Shown one piece after another: positions 24,717-39,592 of a stretch of DNA of 64,000 nucleotides. Position 1 is the stretch's first letter; the number at the start of each line of letters is the position of its first letter. Both the position numbers and the translations under genes were made by a program. The notes under the pieces are model-generated. The model searched no databases, had not been told where the DNA came from, and was given only the letters and a program-made list of their open reading frames with translations. Source of the DNA: Tubiluchus corallicola (Eukaryota > Animalia > Priapulida); assembly GCA_030141605.1 (NCBI GenBank), contig JAQGDQ010000420.1:62001-126000 (forward strand). Reading direction: 5' to 3'.

Positions 24717-25204
24717 CGCAAACGGCCCATCAATGGTATTTGGCCAATGAAATTCGTTAGTATTAAATTGAGGCTAGAATTAATAATCTTATTTTTATTT
24801 AGCATCGTAATTAAAAAACGTTAATTGTAGTTAACAGTGTAAAATTAATCTAGCGTCTAGGCGCAGCGTTAACAGCCCAGCTGACTTTATAAAAGAAAGA
24901 GAATAAAATAAAATATAAAATAAAATAAAAATGACTCTTACCAAATGAAAATTAACGCAACTAATGCTAATTTTGTTGTTACATTGTACGAATATCTGTT
25001 ACTCTGTACACGTTATTAGTCTACAATCAACACTTTTACAACGGAGTTCTCCAAAAACAACGCTGTAACAGCATCCGTACGTGTAGATACATGCACGAGT
25101 GTCTTTCTTCCCCATTTTTTCATTCGTTTGTCTCATTTCTCTTTTCCCGGTTTTGCTCCCTTCCTCCTCCCTCTCCCTGCCTCTCTTCCCCTGCCGCTCT
25201 CCCT

Positions 25205-25419
<215 letters not shown>

Positions 25420-25484
25420 TCATATTTTGTATTTCCCATTCTTCCATTTTTTTCTCTATTTAGCTTTTCTTTTCTTTTACAAAT

Positions 25485-25757
25485 TAAGTACGAGCAAAGG
25501 CATTATATATATAAGGAAGGAAGGAAGGAAGGAAGGAAAAATGGATGAATGGGCGAACGTACAGATTGACAGATAGACGGACGGACGAATATACATATGG
25601 ATATTATGTATTTATATAAATACGAGCATATATATATATATATAATGCCTTTGCTCGTACTTATATAATACATATACATAATATCCATTTGTATATTCGT
25701 CCGTCCGTCTATCTGTCAACCTGTACGTTCGCCCATTCATCTATTTTTGCTTCCTTC
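25485..25757. repeat. Two interleaved inverted repeats (A-B-A'-B')
   Basis: A taagtacgagcaaaggcattatata (25485-25513) pairs with ~25635-25663. B ...ggatgaatgggcgaacgtacag...atattatgtat (~25531-25612) pairs with ~25674-25757. Confidence 0.85.
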
Positions 25758-26089
25758 GTTTTTCTTTCTCTCTCTGTTCTTTTTTCTCTTTTTTTACTTT
25801 TTTCTTTTATTTGTTTGTACGTTTGTTTGCGTACCTGCCTGATCAACCAATCATTCGTCCGTTTGTTTATTTATTAATTCATTCAATCTTTCATTCTTTG
25901 TTTATTGTTTTTATTTAATATTTTGTTCATTCATTTGTTTACGTTTTCTTTCTTTTTTGTCAACCTCTTTTTTCGTTTTTGTTCTGTCTTGCTCTGTTTT
26001 CCCTTATTTCTTTTTGTGTTTTCAATTTTATTAACTCGTTTGTATGTGTGTCTGTCTCTCTCTGTTTATTGTTTGCATACTTAACAGTA

Positions 26090-26366
26090 TACCTTCCAAA
26101 TCAGGAGTGGAGCCCCGAAGACGGACCAGTGCAGCATGCTCATTGACTCCGGCAGCTCCTGCAGCCAACCTGGTGCCAAACGTATCGCTCCTCTTTCCTT
26201 TGGACTACACCAGGGAGGAAGAGAGGGGGTTCTTGTTGTCTGGCCAACTCAGGATCTCCATACACCTTGCCCAGGCGTGCGCCCTGGAGCCGTTCAAGGA
26301 TCGGACTCTCTTGGCGCACATTCCATTGTCTTCCGAGACAGAAGGATGCCAACAACAACAACAACT
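26090..26366 (+). mobile_element. GC-rich retroposon-like fragment ending in a (CAA)n tail
   Basis: Abrupt GC-rich block in AT-rich context, ending in caacaacaacaac. No coherent coding frame. Confidence 0.3.
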
Positions 26367-26919
26367 TAACAGTAAAGTTTAGAATTAAAAAGAAATTGTT
26401 TTCTCAGCACGTGTAGCTTTCATTGGAATTTGTCAGTGAAACTGCGTGATAGCTGAGGAGAATTAAGTTTTCTTTCTTTTATCTTAGATTAAATTTACAA
26501 CCTCTTCACTGCACCCTCGTCGAAACTAATTCATTGCATTCTCGTATTTCTCTATCAGAAAGCGAATCGAATCGAATTTGCGACTTTCGAACTCGAATCA
26601 AACCGATTTCTGCATTTTCGAAACCGAATCAAATTCGAGTTCAGTTTTAAAGATTTTCGAATAAAAACCGGTTTCACAAAGCTCATGCGTAATTATCATC
26701 CCGCAATGACTTCCAATGCTTAGAAAGTACGGAAAACACAAGACATCGAATGCGCTGAGTTTTACCAAATGTCAATTTTTATGATCCGCCGAGTAATTGA
26801 GTAAGACTAATTATTGACCACCTAAAGAAAACAACAAAACGAAGTTATAGCTAAACAATATCACTTCGTTTGGTGAATATATTTAAACATTTTGGTGAAT
26901 ATATAGAAACATTTTGGGT

Positions 26920-27253
26920 ATTAGATAGCCAAAAAAATTTCAAACAAAGATCTATATGAAAAAATAAAAGAAGAACATTGGACAAGAAAAATAAAAAGAC
27001 GCCGTTTAAGATGGATTGGACATATGCTTAGACTACCTGATGATATTCCAGTGAAGATAGCTCTTCAACAAGCCATAGAACCAGCTAAAAAACCTGCAGG
27101 AGGACAAATGTTAACATATTTAGATTTTGCACAGAAAGATTTAAACACTTCAGCATTGATCCTTAGAAATAAATGCACTTGGGGCACTGCGGCAAGCAGG
27201 GAGTCCTGGCAAAGGGCGGTGAGCAGAATCATGTCACTGAACGTGTGATTCAT

Positions 27254-27284
<31 letters not shown>

Positions 27285-27292
27285 CGATGATG
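26920..27292 (+). mobile_element. 5'-truncated RTE-like LINE 3' end with (GAT)n tail
   Basis: RRRLRWIGHMLRLPDDIPVKIAL...KKPAGG...KDL...AASRESW then (GAT)n. Sits within a CGAAT-rich element spanning ~26560-27512. Confidence 0.7.
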
Positions 27293-30132
27293 CGTAATTA
27301 CTTGATTTTTTTGTGCAGAATACTGCGCACAGAAATCGCTGGTAAACTGTGCTGAATGCACGACGTTTACAAACGCTTTAGAGATACAGCACGTAGCTGA
27401 AGTGCTGAATTATTCAGATCTACAAGTATGAGATCAAATTGAATTTGAATTAAAAAAACTTGTTCGAATCACATTCTCGAAACACGAATCGAATGTTCGA
27501 TGCTCACTCCTATTATTTTGTAATGTAATGGTAATTTCGAGATTATCAATTTAGTGCATGAGCCTGTATTTAAGCCACGGATACGTACGGTACAGGATTT
27601 ACACGATCCTGGTTCAAATATGGCGTCAATTCCAAGTTTTTCACATTTTTCGAAGAGAAGACCATTTTGAGAGTTATAAGATTTCCGGCTTTCAGATTAT
27701 ATATATATATATATATATATATTATAGAGATTATATATATTATAGAGATTATGCAAATATAATCTTTATTTGCCATTAACATACATTGATAATCACCGAT
27801 AAAAACTTTACAGAGATGATCAATCAGTGTTAGTTAATAAAAACTTACACTGCTAAAGGCAAAAGCGTCAGTGCAATCTAAACTACTGTGCAGTAATGAA
27901 AAGTAACGACGAATAAAATCAAACATATTTACAACTATGCACAAAAAATGAAAAAATTATGATTTAATTAATATGGCCGTGGATATATAAAGTATTAGTG
28001 TTAGTGTGTATAAAAACAAGGGTAGGATTTTTTCTTTCAGTTTGAGTCGTTGGCCTTCAACGAGTTACAATTTAGTTTTTTTAGAAGGACAGGATGATTT
28101 TGAGCTCACGTAATCTAGTCTGCTGATGTGGCGTGGTCTTTAGGTCGCGCTGTTACGCTGCTTTGCCTCACGTTGCATCATAATTTGTTCCGGGAAGTAT
28201 CTCTGTTAGTCTTGCAAATGCACGTATTAATGCTAAGAAGTTCGTGCAAGTTTTACCACACAGCCTTATTTTATATAAAAAAAACTTTTGCATCGCCACT
28301 GAGACAGAACATGATGCAATAATTTGTTTATGAAACCATTTGCTTATCCACGGCGCTGAAAGCAGTGGATTCGATTTCACGCTAGAATTTGTACATTTGT
28401 ACTTATTACAAAAGTATTCGCTTTTGATGCAATTTCCCAAAAAAGAAAGTGCAGCATTATCTTTCTACTGCCATCAGCCTTAACTATATATATATATAGT
28501 TAAATGGACCAACAGCAATAGCTGTAAAAAAACTGTTAAGTAAATTGTTGTATTTGGGTTTTTCACTCATATTAATTTGCATATGAGAAATGCAAATAAA
28601 AGTGCTTGCTAGGACAAGTTTTGTTAGCTATAATGTTATGCTGATCTTTTGTAATAAGCTGCTCTATGTTTACTGGTATCCAGTTCGCACGCAAGTATGT
28701 TGAATGACTGTGGCTTTTATAAGATTTAGAGTGGTCTCTCTATTTTTTATCTATCACTTTTTTATGCAATGTAAAGCCTATACCCTGAAATTTACTGCAA
28801 ATAAATGTTACAGCAAGATATTTCCATTTCGAAAGCTAAAATGTCACTTTACTGTTTGGTATTTTTTTACTCTGAATTACATATACGTATATGGGGGTAC
28901 CATGACATTTTCATTGCTTAGGGTCTCTTGGGGTCTTAATCCGACCCCGTCTGTCATTATTCTTTACGTTGAACTACAAAGACTTTGTTTCCAACGACTT
29001 TGTCTGACTTTGTGCTCACAGTTAGTCATACACAAGCAAATTCATCAACATTAAAAAATTCGCAAAACGCACAGCATTAAAATACAACGCGTACGCATGT
29101 TGTCTTTGCGTGATGTCGTACTACAGTATCAGTAATTAAGTTATAAGTTACACCATGTTTAAAAAATTTCTGTAATACTATGTTAGCAAAAAATAAAGAC
29201 GTTTACAATTTTAAAAGTTATTTTCATTACATCCTTATTTATAAGAAAGGCTTACGAATAGAAGTAATGATTTACATATAGTGTTTACATATATGTAATT
29301 TTTGATACACGTGAGTTTATATTAAAAGTGGCAAATTCCTTTGTTTGTTTATGTTTATGAGTTGCAAATTGTAATTAATTTATATTTAATTATTTATTTT
29401 GGTAGGTATTTTAAGAGCTCAACCTACATGCACGTGTGATTAATTTATCGTTTATATGTGCTAGTCTTTTTAAGCTTTTTTGAATTTAAATTAGTTGAAG
29501 ACTTCAGTTTGGGTGAAACAGCGTTATTTGTTTTAGCATAAGTAATGTCATTAGTTATGCATGCCTATGTTTGCTTTTGACTTGAGATGATATGTTAAAA
29601 GTAGGGTTTCAACTGTTTCAATCATTTTAATTTCGGGATTTCGGAATTGGATTGTAATATGCGTAATTTAATAAAGAAAATGATTCCCAGCGCGTGTAAC
29701 GTAATCAAAATCTTAGCTAAAACAACGTATATAATGTATATAGGCATATAAAATACATATAGATATAATATATATATGTGTATTATATTACATACGTAGT
29801 TTTAGCTAAGATTTATTTATTTATTTACACATATTTACATACTGTTTTAATAAAGCCCTAAAAACAGAGCTTGAATCTGAGTAATCATTTTGTGTAAAAC
29901 AAAGTAAAATAAAATAAAACACCATGTGCGTGCAGACCACGAGATATACGATAAAATAAAAATGATATTCTATGTAACAAAGTAATACTATTATTACCAC
30001 AGTATTACTATATCTCATAAAAATTATAAAAACGATGCACATATAACCAGTACTGTAACCGATCAATAGTAAGCTCTCGACTAAAATCTTTGCCAGAGCA
30101 TCTTACACACGTAGTACTGAGTTTAAATCACA

Positions 30133-30360
30133 CACGGTAGCTCAATGGTAGCATGCTTGCTTCCCACCCGGGAGGTCGCGGGTTCAATTCCCGACCGAGT
30201 CCTATGAAAGACTTAAAAAATGGTACCGCTGATTCTTCAACCAAGCACGCGAGTTTGTGGAAGAAAAATGCGACTAATAATAATCGAGACCTCTTTGGAT
30301 AAGTATTCAGTCACTTATGGTGATATCTCCGGGCAATGTCCTAAACGAAATTATTATTAC
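30133..30360 (+). mobile_element. tRNA-Gly(CCC)-derived SINE
   Basis: ggtagctcaatggtagcatgcttgcttcccacccgggaggtcgcgggttcaattcccgaccg has A and B boxes and a CCC loop. It runs into gacttaaaaaatggtacc, a body motif seen in invertebrate SINEs, rather than a T-run terminator. Confidence 0.65.
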
Positions 30361-32040
30361 TAGTATACTTTCAAATATATATAAATAAGACACCTGTTAC
30401 TGTTTTGAAGTGAAACTTGTTCGCTTTTGGTCACAATTCTGAGTCACTTGCTTTGCTTTGCTGCACACAGCAGGTTCAGCACAAGAAAACTTGTTTAATC
30501 GAAACCTGATCACTGGTATGAGAAAGAAATTACGTTCATGCTTTGTTTTCATTGCACTGGTTTTAGCTTTTGTTTGTACGGAACGGCAAATTAACCAATA
30601 GGCTAACTAGGCTATAGCCTAGCGTGCCAAAGTTTGAGGGGCGAAACATTTTGGACGCCCAATTTAAAAAAATTCTTATTCTTTTCGGAAAATGCGCATC
30701 CGAATTATTAATTATTAATTTATTAGTAATTCCAAGTAATTTTTTGTCATTTTTCTTTCACCTGAAGATAAAGTACACTTGTAGTTCAAAACGTCATCGT
30801 TTTCCTTTATCCTTGGTTTTTAATTGTTGTATTTTTAATTTGTTGAACGATTACCCTTGGTAAAAAGGAGAATCGTAAATATATTTTAATAAATACTCAC
30901 AATCAGACGGAAAAGTTGGTTTGGAATAACATTATTTAAGAGATTTGTTCAGCATTGGTGTGAGTAAAATTCGAAACTAATGCAAAAGGCCTTCTATCAC
31001 ATTAGTTGTTGTAACATGTTAAATTTTTTACTTTTCAACAATTGAGCATAATGTATTGTTTTATAGAAATAAATTAAGTTAACTGATAGGGTAACTGGCT
31101 TAATGACTAACTGATTTATTCATTGAAGGATGGCTACAATATAAAACAAAATATTGAAAGGTTAAAGTATTTTAATTCTTTGTGCTTTTGAAATCTGTTC
31201 AACAAATATGTGACTTTTTGCCACTTTTTGAAAAGAGTAGAAATTTTGTATCGATTATGTGATCGATTGGTTGGTTGATTGATTGGTTGTTTGCCTGATT
31301 ATCATAATTTTAATTTTTTGTTAGTGCAGGTCTAACTCATTGTAACGCTTTATAACTTTTTAGTGCCAACAGTAATTGCAACATTTTTTAATGTTTTCGT
31401 CTAATAAAGAATTGACATAAACGTGACGAATCAGCGTATTTTTCCCAAAGTAGATCCTAGTAATTTCTATTTAGTAATTAAAGGTTTAATCAAGTAGCCC
31501 CAGCGTGGTGAATTTTGAGGTTCGTTTCTGGTTTTTTAATTTACACTGAGATGCAAAGACTTACTTTCCACATATTGCAAAACCGCTCAGTATTGCTTCC
31601 TGTTGCACGTTTTCTATGGCTGTAGTTTTGTTCGTTTTAATGCGTATTATTAAGTTTTTAAACATAGTAATAGTAATAACAATGCACACAGCATTTCATT
31701 AATTTCGTTTACACAGTGTCAATAATCAAAGTCATAACACAAAAATATGATATTGCAAATAGCTTTATTAAACTAAATTTTAAAGAAAAAGAAAGATACT
31801 GTGTTTAGAATTAAAGAAAAGACAGTAGTGTTGAAAGAAAATCTACATTCCTTTGAAAAAGTAAGTTCGGTTTCAGGAAATCATTCTTAGCTGTCATCGT
31901 AATTAATTAAGTTTGAATTACAAATCTTAACAAGAATTTTAACTTCGAAACCAAATGTTCCGTTTAAGCAAAGTCCCCCACGTGCCTGGCATTCAGCTGA
32001 GATGGTGAAAGCTGGCGGTCAGGTGATCCGAGATGGCCGT

Positions 32041-33463
32041 TTAGTGTGAAGATTTGATGTTCAACTTGTTCTTGTACTTGAAGTCAGTACCCTTGATGTG
32101 CCTCACAAGCCTGAAACAAGAATCCAAGTATTTAGTTGGTTGGTTCGTCCCTTTAGGAGTAAATAATAGTAAACATGAGTTACTCTTTACAAAAGCTGCT
32201 ACATGTAAGTGTGAAGAGATAGTTGTCACATTATTATTTTGCGCACTGTACACAATGGCATAAGAGCTTCATCTGACAAAAGAAAAGACATCATTTTTTC
32301 CTGAAAGCACGAGAAAACACTAAACAAATTTGCTCACCATTGCTTTGCCCATTGAATGGTCTCATTTTCCACTGGGTGGTTGAGGCCCCTGAGCCTAGCA
32401 AGGAACTCCTCATGCATCTTCTTATGCTCATCATAACCATCGTACTTGGACTTGGTCATGGCAGCCTGTGCACAAAAACAATATTGAATCCCTGTTTTTA
32501 CATCCAAATTGACATAGCTATGTTGTTAACATGTTTAACAACCTTTTTTACACACAATTTGGCTCTCTGCAAACTTATGTTTAGCACTCAACGTCATGGT
32601 TTACTTTAGGTAGGTGGCTGTGACGGTACTGGAGCCCAAATAACTATCAGGGAAACGACTCCACGTGACACAATAAACTTGCAGTGATATCTTTGGCAGA
32701 TGCGATGCGTAGATAAGTAAGGCAATACGTAAATGGTCGACGGCGTTATGACAAATAAAACTGCCCAATGATTTTTTGACAATTAAAAAAACTAGGCTTT
32801 CTTGAGTAAACGTAATGGAGTGCTTCTATACTTTCTGTAGGTACAATATGAAATTGTTCAAATGTATATTTTAGTTTAAATAGTAGCGTCCACTCAATGT
32901 ACATAAATAAAAATAATTTATATGAAACATCTTTTTCACAATAACAAGAGGCATACAAGAACGACTTACTTCTTCCTCAGCGAAGTGGTTTGAGGCCACC
33001 CTGTACAGATCATCGGTCAAGACCTCGCTGTTTGGCTCACGAGCGACCATGAAGATGCTTTGGAAGAGGAGCTTGTGCTCATCATCAAGAGTCTCGTACT
33101 GAAAAAAAATTCATTGCTGTATAAAGTATAATATTGTACTATAATATTGCAAATTATAGATAATTTAAATGAAAAAGAGCAAATTTGTTGGAAAGTAAAA
33201 AAAGAGCAAATAATGCATAATTTTGAATTGGTGCACTTGATACAGTCTTGTACTCGAGTGGGTGGTAGCGCGGATCAATTTACCTGAACCACAAGCTGTA
33301 TTGTAATAACGCCAACTAAATTTTACAATAACTTAAACTCGTTGAAAAATTTTGTCTAATTAAGTAAAACAAAGTGCAACATCTTTTTGACGATGTTTCA
33401 AATACTCACAAAGACCCTGAAGGACTCATCCCAAACAAATGGATCTGGAACATCCCAAGGCAT
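32041..33463 (-). CDS. Myohemerythrin-like Hr3 (4 exons, 126 aa)
   Basis: Exons 33463-33410, 33098-32970, 32465-32338, 32110-32041, all GT-AG. Protein: [126 protein letters not shown]. All seven ligands present. Confidence 0.95.
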
Positions 33464-33555
33464 TTTGACTGTCTTCTGAATCTGTACTCGAGAAAGAAGT
33501 GATAAGCAGACGATGAAAGAGCGGAACTCTGTGCAGAGGTCCAAAAGCTGGCCTG

Positions 33556-33599
33556 TTTTATACCTTTCCCGGCCGGCTGATGTAGCTGCTAAGTACGTG
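33556..33599 (-). promoter_or_regulatory. Hr3 promoter: TATAAAA plus TACGTG
   Basis: TATA 33556-33562 (minus), TACGTG 33594-33599. Confidence 0.6.
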
Positions 33600-33819
33600 A
33601 GATTTGAGACGAACGTTGAAACACTTTGAAATTTTTATGGTTCCTATCACGTTAACTCAACCCTTCCGGTTTGATTAGTTCATTCCCTATGAACAGATTT
33701 CGACTGCTGTGAGTTTGCATTAAAAAAATGCCTAAGATAAGTTGCCCAAAGGATCTTTGAAAACCTAGGAGCTTTGTCTGAAAAACATTTGAATAGTTGA
33801 ACATTGTTGATTGTCTGAA

Positions 33820-35062
33820 TTTGTGTCACTACTCATTATTTGAGTCCGTGTCATGACTGACTATCTGAGTCTATGTCATTGCTGATTATTTTGGCCGGGT
33901 CACTCTTGATTGTTTAAGTTTATGTCACTACTAATTGTTTCATTCTGTGTTGCCACTACTGATTAATTGCGTCTGTATTGCTACTGATTGTTTGGATCGG
34001 CGTTCTTATGAATAGTTTAAGTGCGTGTTACTTCCGACTGTTTGACCTGTATTGTCATTACTGATTCTGTCTGATTGTATGTCTGTGTCACTACTGATTG
34101 TTTGAGTTTGCGTTGCTATTGATTATTCGAGTCTGTGTCACTACTGATGTTTGAGTGTGTGTTACTACTGATTGTTTGAGTCTGTGCCACTACTGATTGT
34201 TTGAGTCTGTGCCACTACTGATTGTTTGAGTTTGCGTTACTGATCATTCGAGTCTGTGTCATTACTGATGTTTGAGTGTGTGTTACTACTGATTGTTTGA
34301 GTCTGTGCCACTACTGATTGTTTGAGTCTGTGTCACTACTGATGTTTGAGTTTGTGTTACTGATCATTCGAGTCTGTGTCATTACTGATTACTCGAGTTT
34401 GCGTCACTACTGATTATTCGAGTCTGTGTCACTACTGATTGTTTGAGTTTGTGTCACTACTGATTGTTTGAGTTTGCGCATACTAAAACTGATATGGTCT
34501 GTCATTACTGATTATTTTGCGTCATTACTGATTACTTGAGTTTGTGTCATTACTGATTGTGTCATTCTGTGTTGCCAACGATTATTGGTCTGTTCTACTG
34601 ATTCTGTGTTATGATACTAGTTGTATACTGAATACTTGAGTTTGTCATTACTGATTCTTGAGTTTGTGTCATTACTGATTACTTGTGTCGGTGTCATTAC
34701 TGATTACTTGAGTTTGCGTCATTACTGATTACTTGAGTCTGTGTCATTACTGATTACTTGAGTTTGCGTCATTACTGATTACTTGAGTTTGTGTCATTAC
34801 TGATTACTTGAGTTTGTGTCATTACTGATTACTTGTGTCGGTGTCATTACTGATTACTTGAGTTTGTGTCATTACTGATTACTTGTGTCGGTGTCATTAC
34901 TGATTACTTGAGTTTGCGTCAATACTGATCATTCGAGTCTGTGTCAATACTGATTACTTGAGTTTGCGTCATTACTGATTACTTGAGTCTGCGTCACTAC
35001 TGATTATTCCAGTCTGTGTCATTACTGATTACTTGAGTTTGTCTTACTGATTATTTGAGTGT
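33820..35062. repeat. ~25-bp minisatellite (ttgagtttgtgtcattactgattac)
   Basis: Degenerate at the left end, homogeneous at ~34650-35040. Confidence 0.93.
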
Positions 35063-35601
35063 GTAAATAAAAACATTCTTTAAGAAATATCACTATTTTA
35101 CCATTTATTGCAAACCAACTTAGCACATATTTCACAATAACCGTAGTGAAAAAAAGATTTGTTTAGATTTGAGTGAGTTTTGAAATCGATTTTCCGTTTT
35201 GAAGATGCATTATGTCCCTTCATACTTATATTATTCATTCTAGCTGTCACACCACCATTAGATTTGGTATGTATTTTTCTACATATTGATTCTTTTTCAT
35301 GTTTATTTAGTACTAATAAAAAGTGAACTGCATTTCTATCTAGAATCAAACAAACAACAAATACTAATATTTTCGCCATGTTTTATTTTTACATTTTTAC
35401 TTTTACTACCTTAGTAACAATTCCATTTTATTCAAAATCATCGTCTCCGCTTTAATTTCACTGTGGTTCCATGTGAAAGCAGTGGTTGTGAATTAATTCC
35501 TAAGGCTCTCAGTTTAGCGCTTCTGCAGAGCAACGAGAAATATCATTAAACGTACTTTAATTGTAGTTGTCTAGAAATGTTTTAAGAGTAAAATGACTTA
35601 T

Positions 35602-36196
<595 letters not shown>

Positions 36197-37108
36197 TGAC
36201 TTATTATCCAACATAATAATTATTATAAATACAAAACCTTTTACTTGAACAGTAAAATATTTTCCTATTAGCACATTTACCATTTTCTTTCATCTATGCA
36301 CATTTCCATGACTTAATGAAGTTCTAATACATGAATAGAACTTGCCTATTTGTGAAATTTAAAAAAGCTGAAAAGCAGTTTCTGCAAGTTTAAAAGTTGA
36401 AAGAGTCAAATCGTTTGTGTATTTTCACACGTACGTGTTGAACTAAAGGAAGTTACATTAAGTTTCGCTGGAAACTTCCTTGGAATGTCTAAATAATATC
36501 CTGCGGTCTGCGTTGTCTGGATGGTTTTTTGCTTTCCATATTTTTTAACTTTCTCAACTCTTTTAACACTTCACCTGCGGCGGCAAATAATTTTGATAAG
36601 CGAATTAGATGATTACACGAACACAATGCATGATAGTTTTGAGATATTAAATAAGTGATAAAACTGACTTTTGAAAAACAAACAGCTTCAGCTTTTTTCT
36701 GAATTTATCACCTATTTTCTTTCTAAAGACTGATATAAGACAGCTCAATTGTGGATAAACTCGACGGTCAAGACATCGGGCGTTAAAGTACAAAAAACAA
36801 AAAAGTTAGTCGAGTACTCGCGGTGACTCGGATTTAAGTCCAACTTGGGATTGTGGCCCACTATGTCGCCCTGTGACTGCAGCGACACTATGCGTTCAGG
36901 CAGTTGTTCATATTCTAGAGTGTCAAAAATGATCACGTTTGATGTCCGGATGATGTAATCTACAGATTGTAGACACACATAGTGGCTGCAGTCTTGAATT
37001 CTAAACTTGTTCCCAGAATCATGTACGCGTCATAGCTTTAGTGCATTGTCTTACGTTATATTTTCCAAGTCTAAGTGATAACAGTAAAATAAACTAAAGA
37101 TACTGAAT

Positions 37109-37622
<514 letters not shown>

Positions 37623-38214
37623 AGCTTTAGCAAATCACGAGAGCTGTAACTCACAAAATGATAATAAGACTGAATGAATCAGCAACAACAGGCAATGTTG
37701 GTAGCCGCTGTGTTTTACAAACGCCGGTCCACTTACTCGCTTCTAATACAACGTCTACAATTTAACAACGCAAACTTTAATCTATATGAACTGACTTACC
37801 CATACATAAGTATGAAAGCAAATGAATGATAACAGCTAGTAAATCTACTTGAATAAACTATAAATTAGTTACAAAGGGGTCGGCACAGAACGAATTACAC
37901 GATCTCACTCCCCTGATGACAAATGTAAACACGCAGATCTCTTGTACGCGACTAAGGAGATAAGACGTCTACAAGAATTCGATGCAAATATCTCCGCGCG
38001 GCTAAACCCCACTTGAGACAACGAACTGTCGTAAGTGCAGTACATTAATCCGGCCACAGATGCTAACGCCAGGGCAGGGCATATACCTCACATGTTTGAC
38101 TGTAGTGTCCCTACCTGTATTGATGTCCCTATTAAAGCCATAAGTCGCTCAGTGCTAATGTTGTCTGTTAATGAGATACGGCAAATCAATGTTGTCTTTT
38201 TGTGTTTTTTATTT

Positions 38215-39155
38215 TAGAAAACTAAACTGAAATTTTTTACTTTTGCATTTTGAAAACTACACTGAATTCTTTTGTTCTTACTACTTAACTGGTAAATTCA
38301 AACCTTTGGTGATGCTTTTTGAATGCCAAACTGAAATCTTTATCCTTGTATTCGGAATACTAAACTCAAATCTTTCACTCTTGCTTTTTGAATACTAAAC
38401 TGAAATCTTTCGCTCTTGCTTTTTGAGTACTAAACTGAAATCTTTTGTTCTTGTTTTTTTGAATACCAAATTGAAATCATTCGCTCTTGCTTTTTGAAAA
38501 CTAAACTGAAATCTTTTGTTCTTACTATTTGAATACTAAATACGAACCTTTGCTGATGCTTTTTGAAAGTCAAACTGAAATCTTTCTCTCTTTAATTTTG
38601 AATATTAAACTGAGATCTTTCCCTCTTGTTTTTTGAATACCAAATTGAAATCATTTGCTCTTGCTTTTTGAATACTAAATTGAAATCTTTCGTTCTTGCT
38701 TTTTGAAAACTAAACTGAATTCTTTTGTTCTTACTATTTGAATACTAAATACGAACCTTTGCTGATGCTTTTTGAATGCCAAACTGAAATCTTTTCCCTT
38801 GTTTTTCGAATACTAAACTGAAATTTTTCTCTCTTGCATTTTGAATACTAAAATGAAATCTTTGGCTCATACTTTTTGAATTCTAATTTGAAATCTGTTG
38901 CTCGCCTTTTTAATACTAAACTGAAATCTTTTGCTCATGCTTTTTGAAGTCGAAACTGAATTTTTCGTTCTTGCTTTTTGAATACTATATTGAAACTGTT
39001 ACTCCTGCATTTTGAATACTAAACTGAAATCTTTTGATCCTGCATTTTAAAAACTAAACTGAAATCTTTTGCTCTTGCTTTTTAAAAACAAAACTGAAAT
39101 CGTTTGTTTTTTGTTTCTTTAATATAAAACTGAAATCTTTCGTTCTTGTTTTTGA
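38215..39155. repeat. ~35-bp minisatellite (aatactaaactgaaatcttttgctcttgctttttg)
   Basis: Directly visible, >20 degenerate copies. Confidence 0.93.
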
Positions 39156-39347
39156 AAGGCTTAACTTTAACATGTTTCCAGTTTGTGAGATCTACAGCTT
39201 TTTATTTAACAATTTTATTTAATGCTCCTCAGAAGTAATTAATGACTCAACTAATAGTTGTTCAACTGCATAACTATTAGCAATAAGTACATCTAGCAGA
39301 ATTTTACTTTAGAAAAATTTAAGAGCAAAAAACTACGTTTGGTAGGC

Positions 39348-39520
39348 CACGTAGCACGTAGTTGGTGGCGTGATTGAAGACCTAATCATCCCATGATTTT
39401 TTTCGTTGCCCGGGCCGCTCTATGGTGCAAGAGGTGAACTCATAACGCTAAAATGTGCACGTAACGTGTGCCAGTGCAACTCTTATGAAATTGTATAAAA
39501 GGAGGCCGTTTCCCTCATTC
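39348..39520 (+). promoter_or_regulatory. Hr4 promoter: four RCGTG cores, TATAAAA and Inr-like TCATTC
   Basis: CACGTA at 39348, 39355 and 39458; ACGTG at 39464; TATAAAA 39494-39500; tcattc ~39515. Confidence 0.65.
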
Positions 39521-39592
39521 GGCACAGAGTATTTGCTCTAAAAGTTTCAGTCAGCTCGAAGACTCCGGTACAGATTCCAGAAGTCAAGCAAA

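Noticed and set aside
30133-30205. Functional tRNA-Gly(CCC) gene
   Set aside because: Imperfect acceptor stem, no T-run terminator, and it continues into a SINE-like body.
39515-39540. Iron-responsive element in Hr 5'UTRs (CAGAGT resembles an IRE loop)
   Set aside because: The flanking five bases do not pair in Hr2 or Hr4, so there is no IRE stem.
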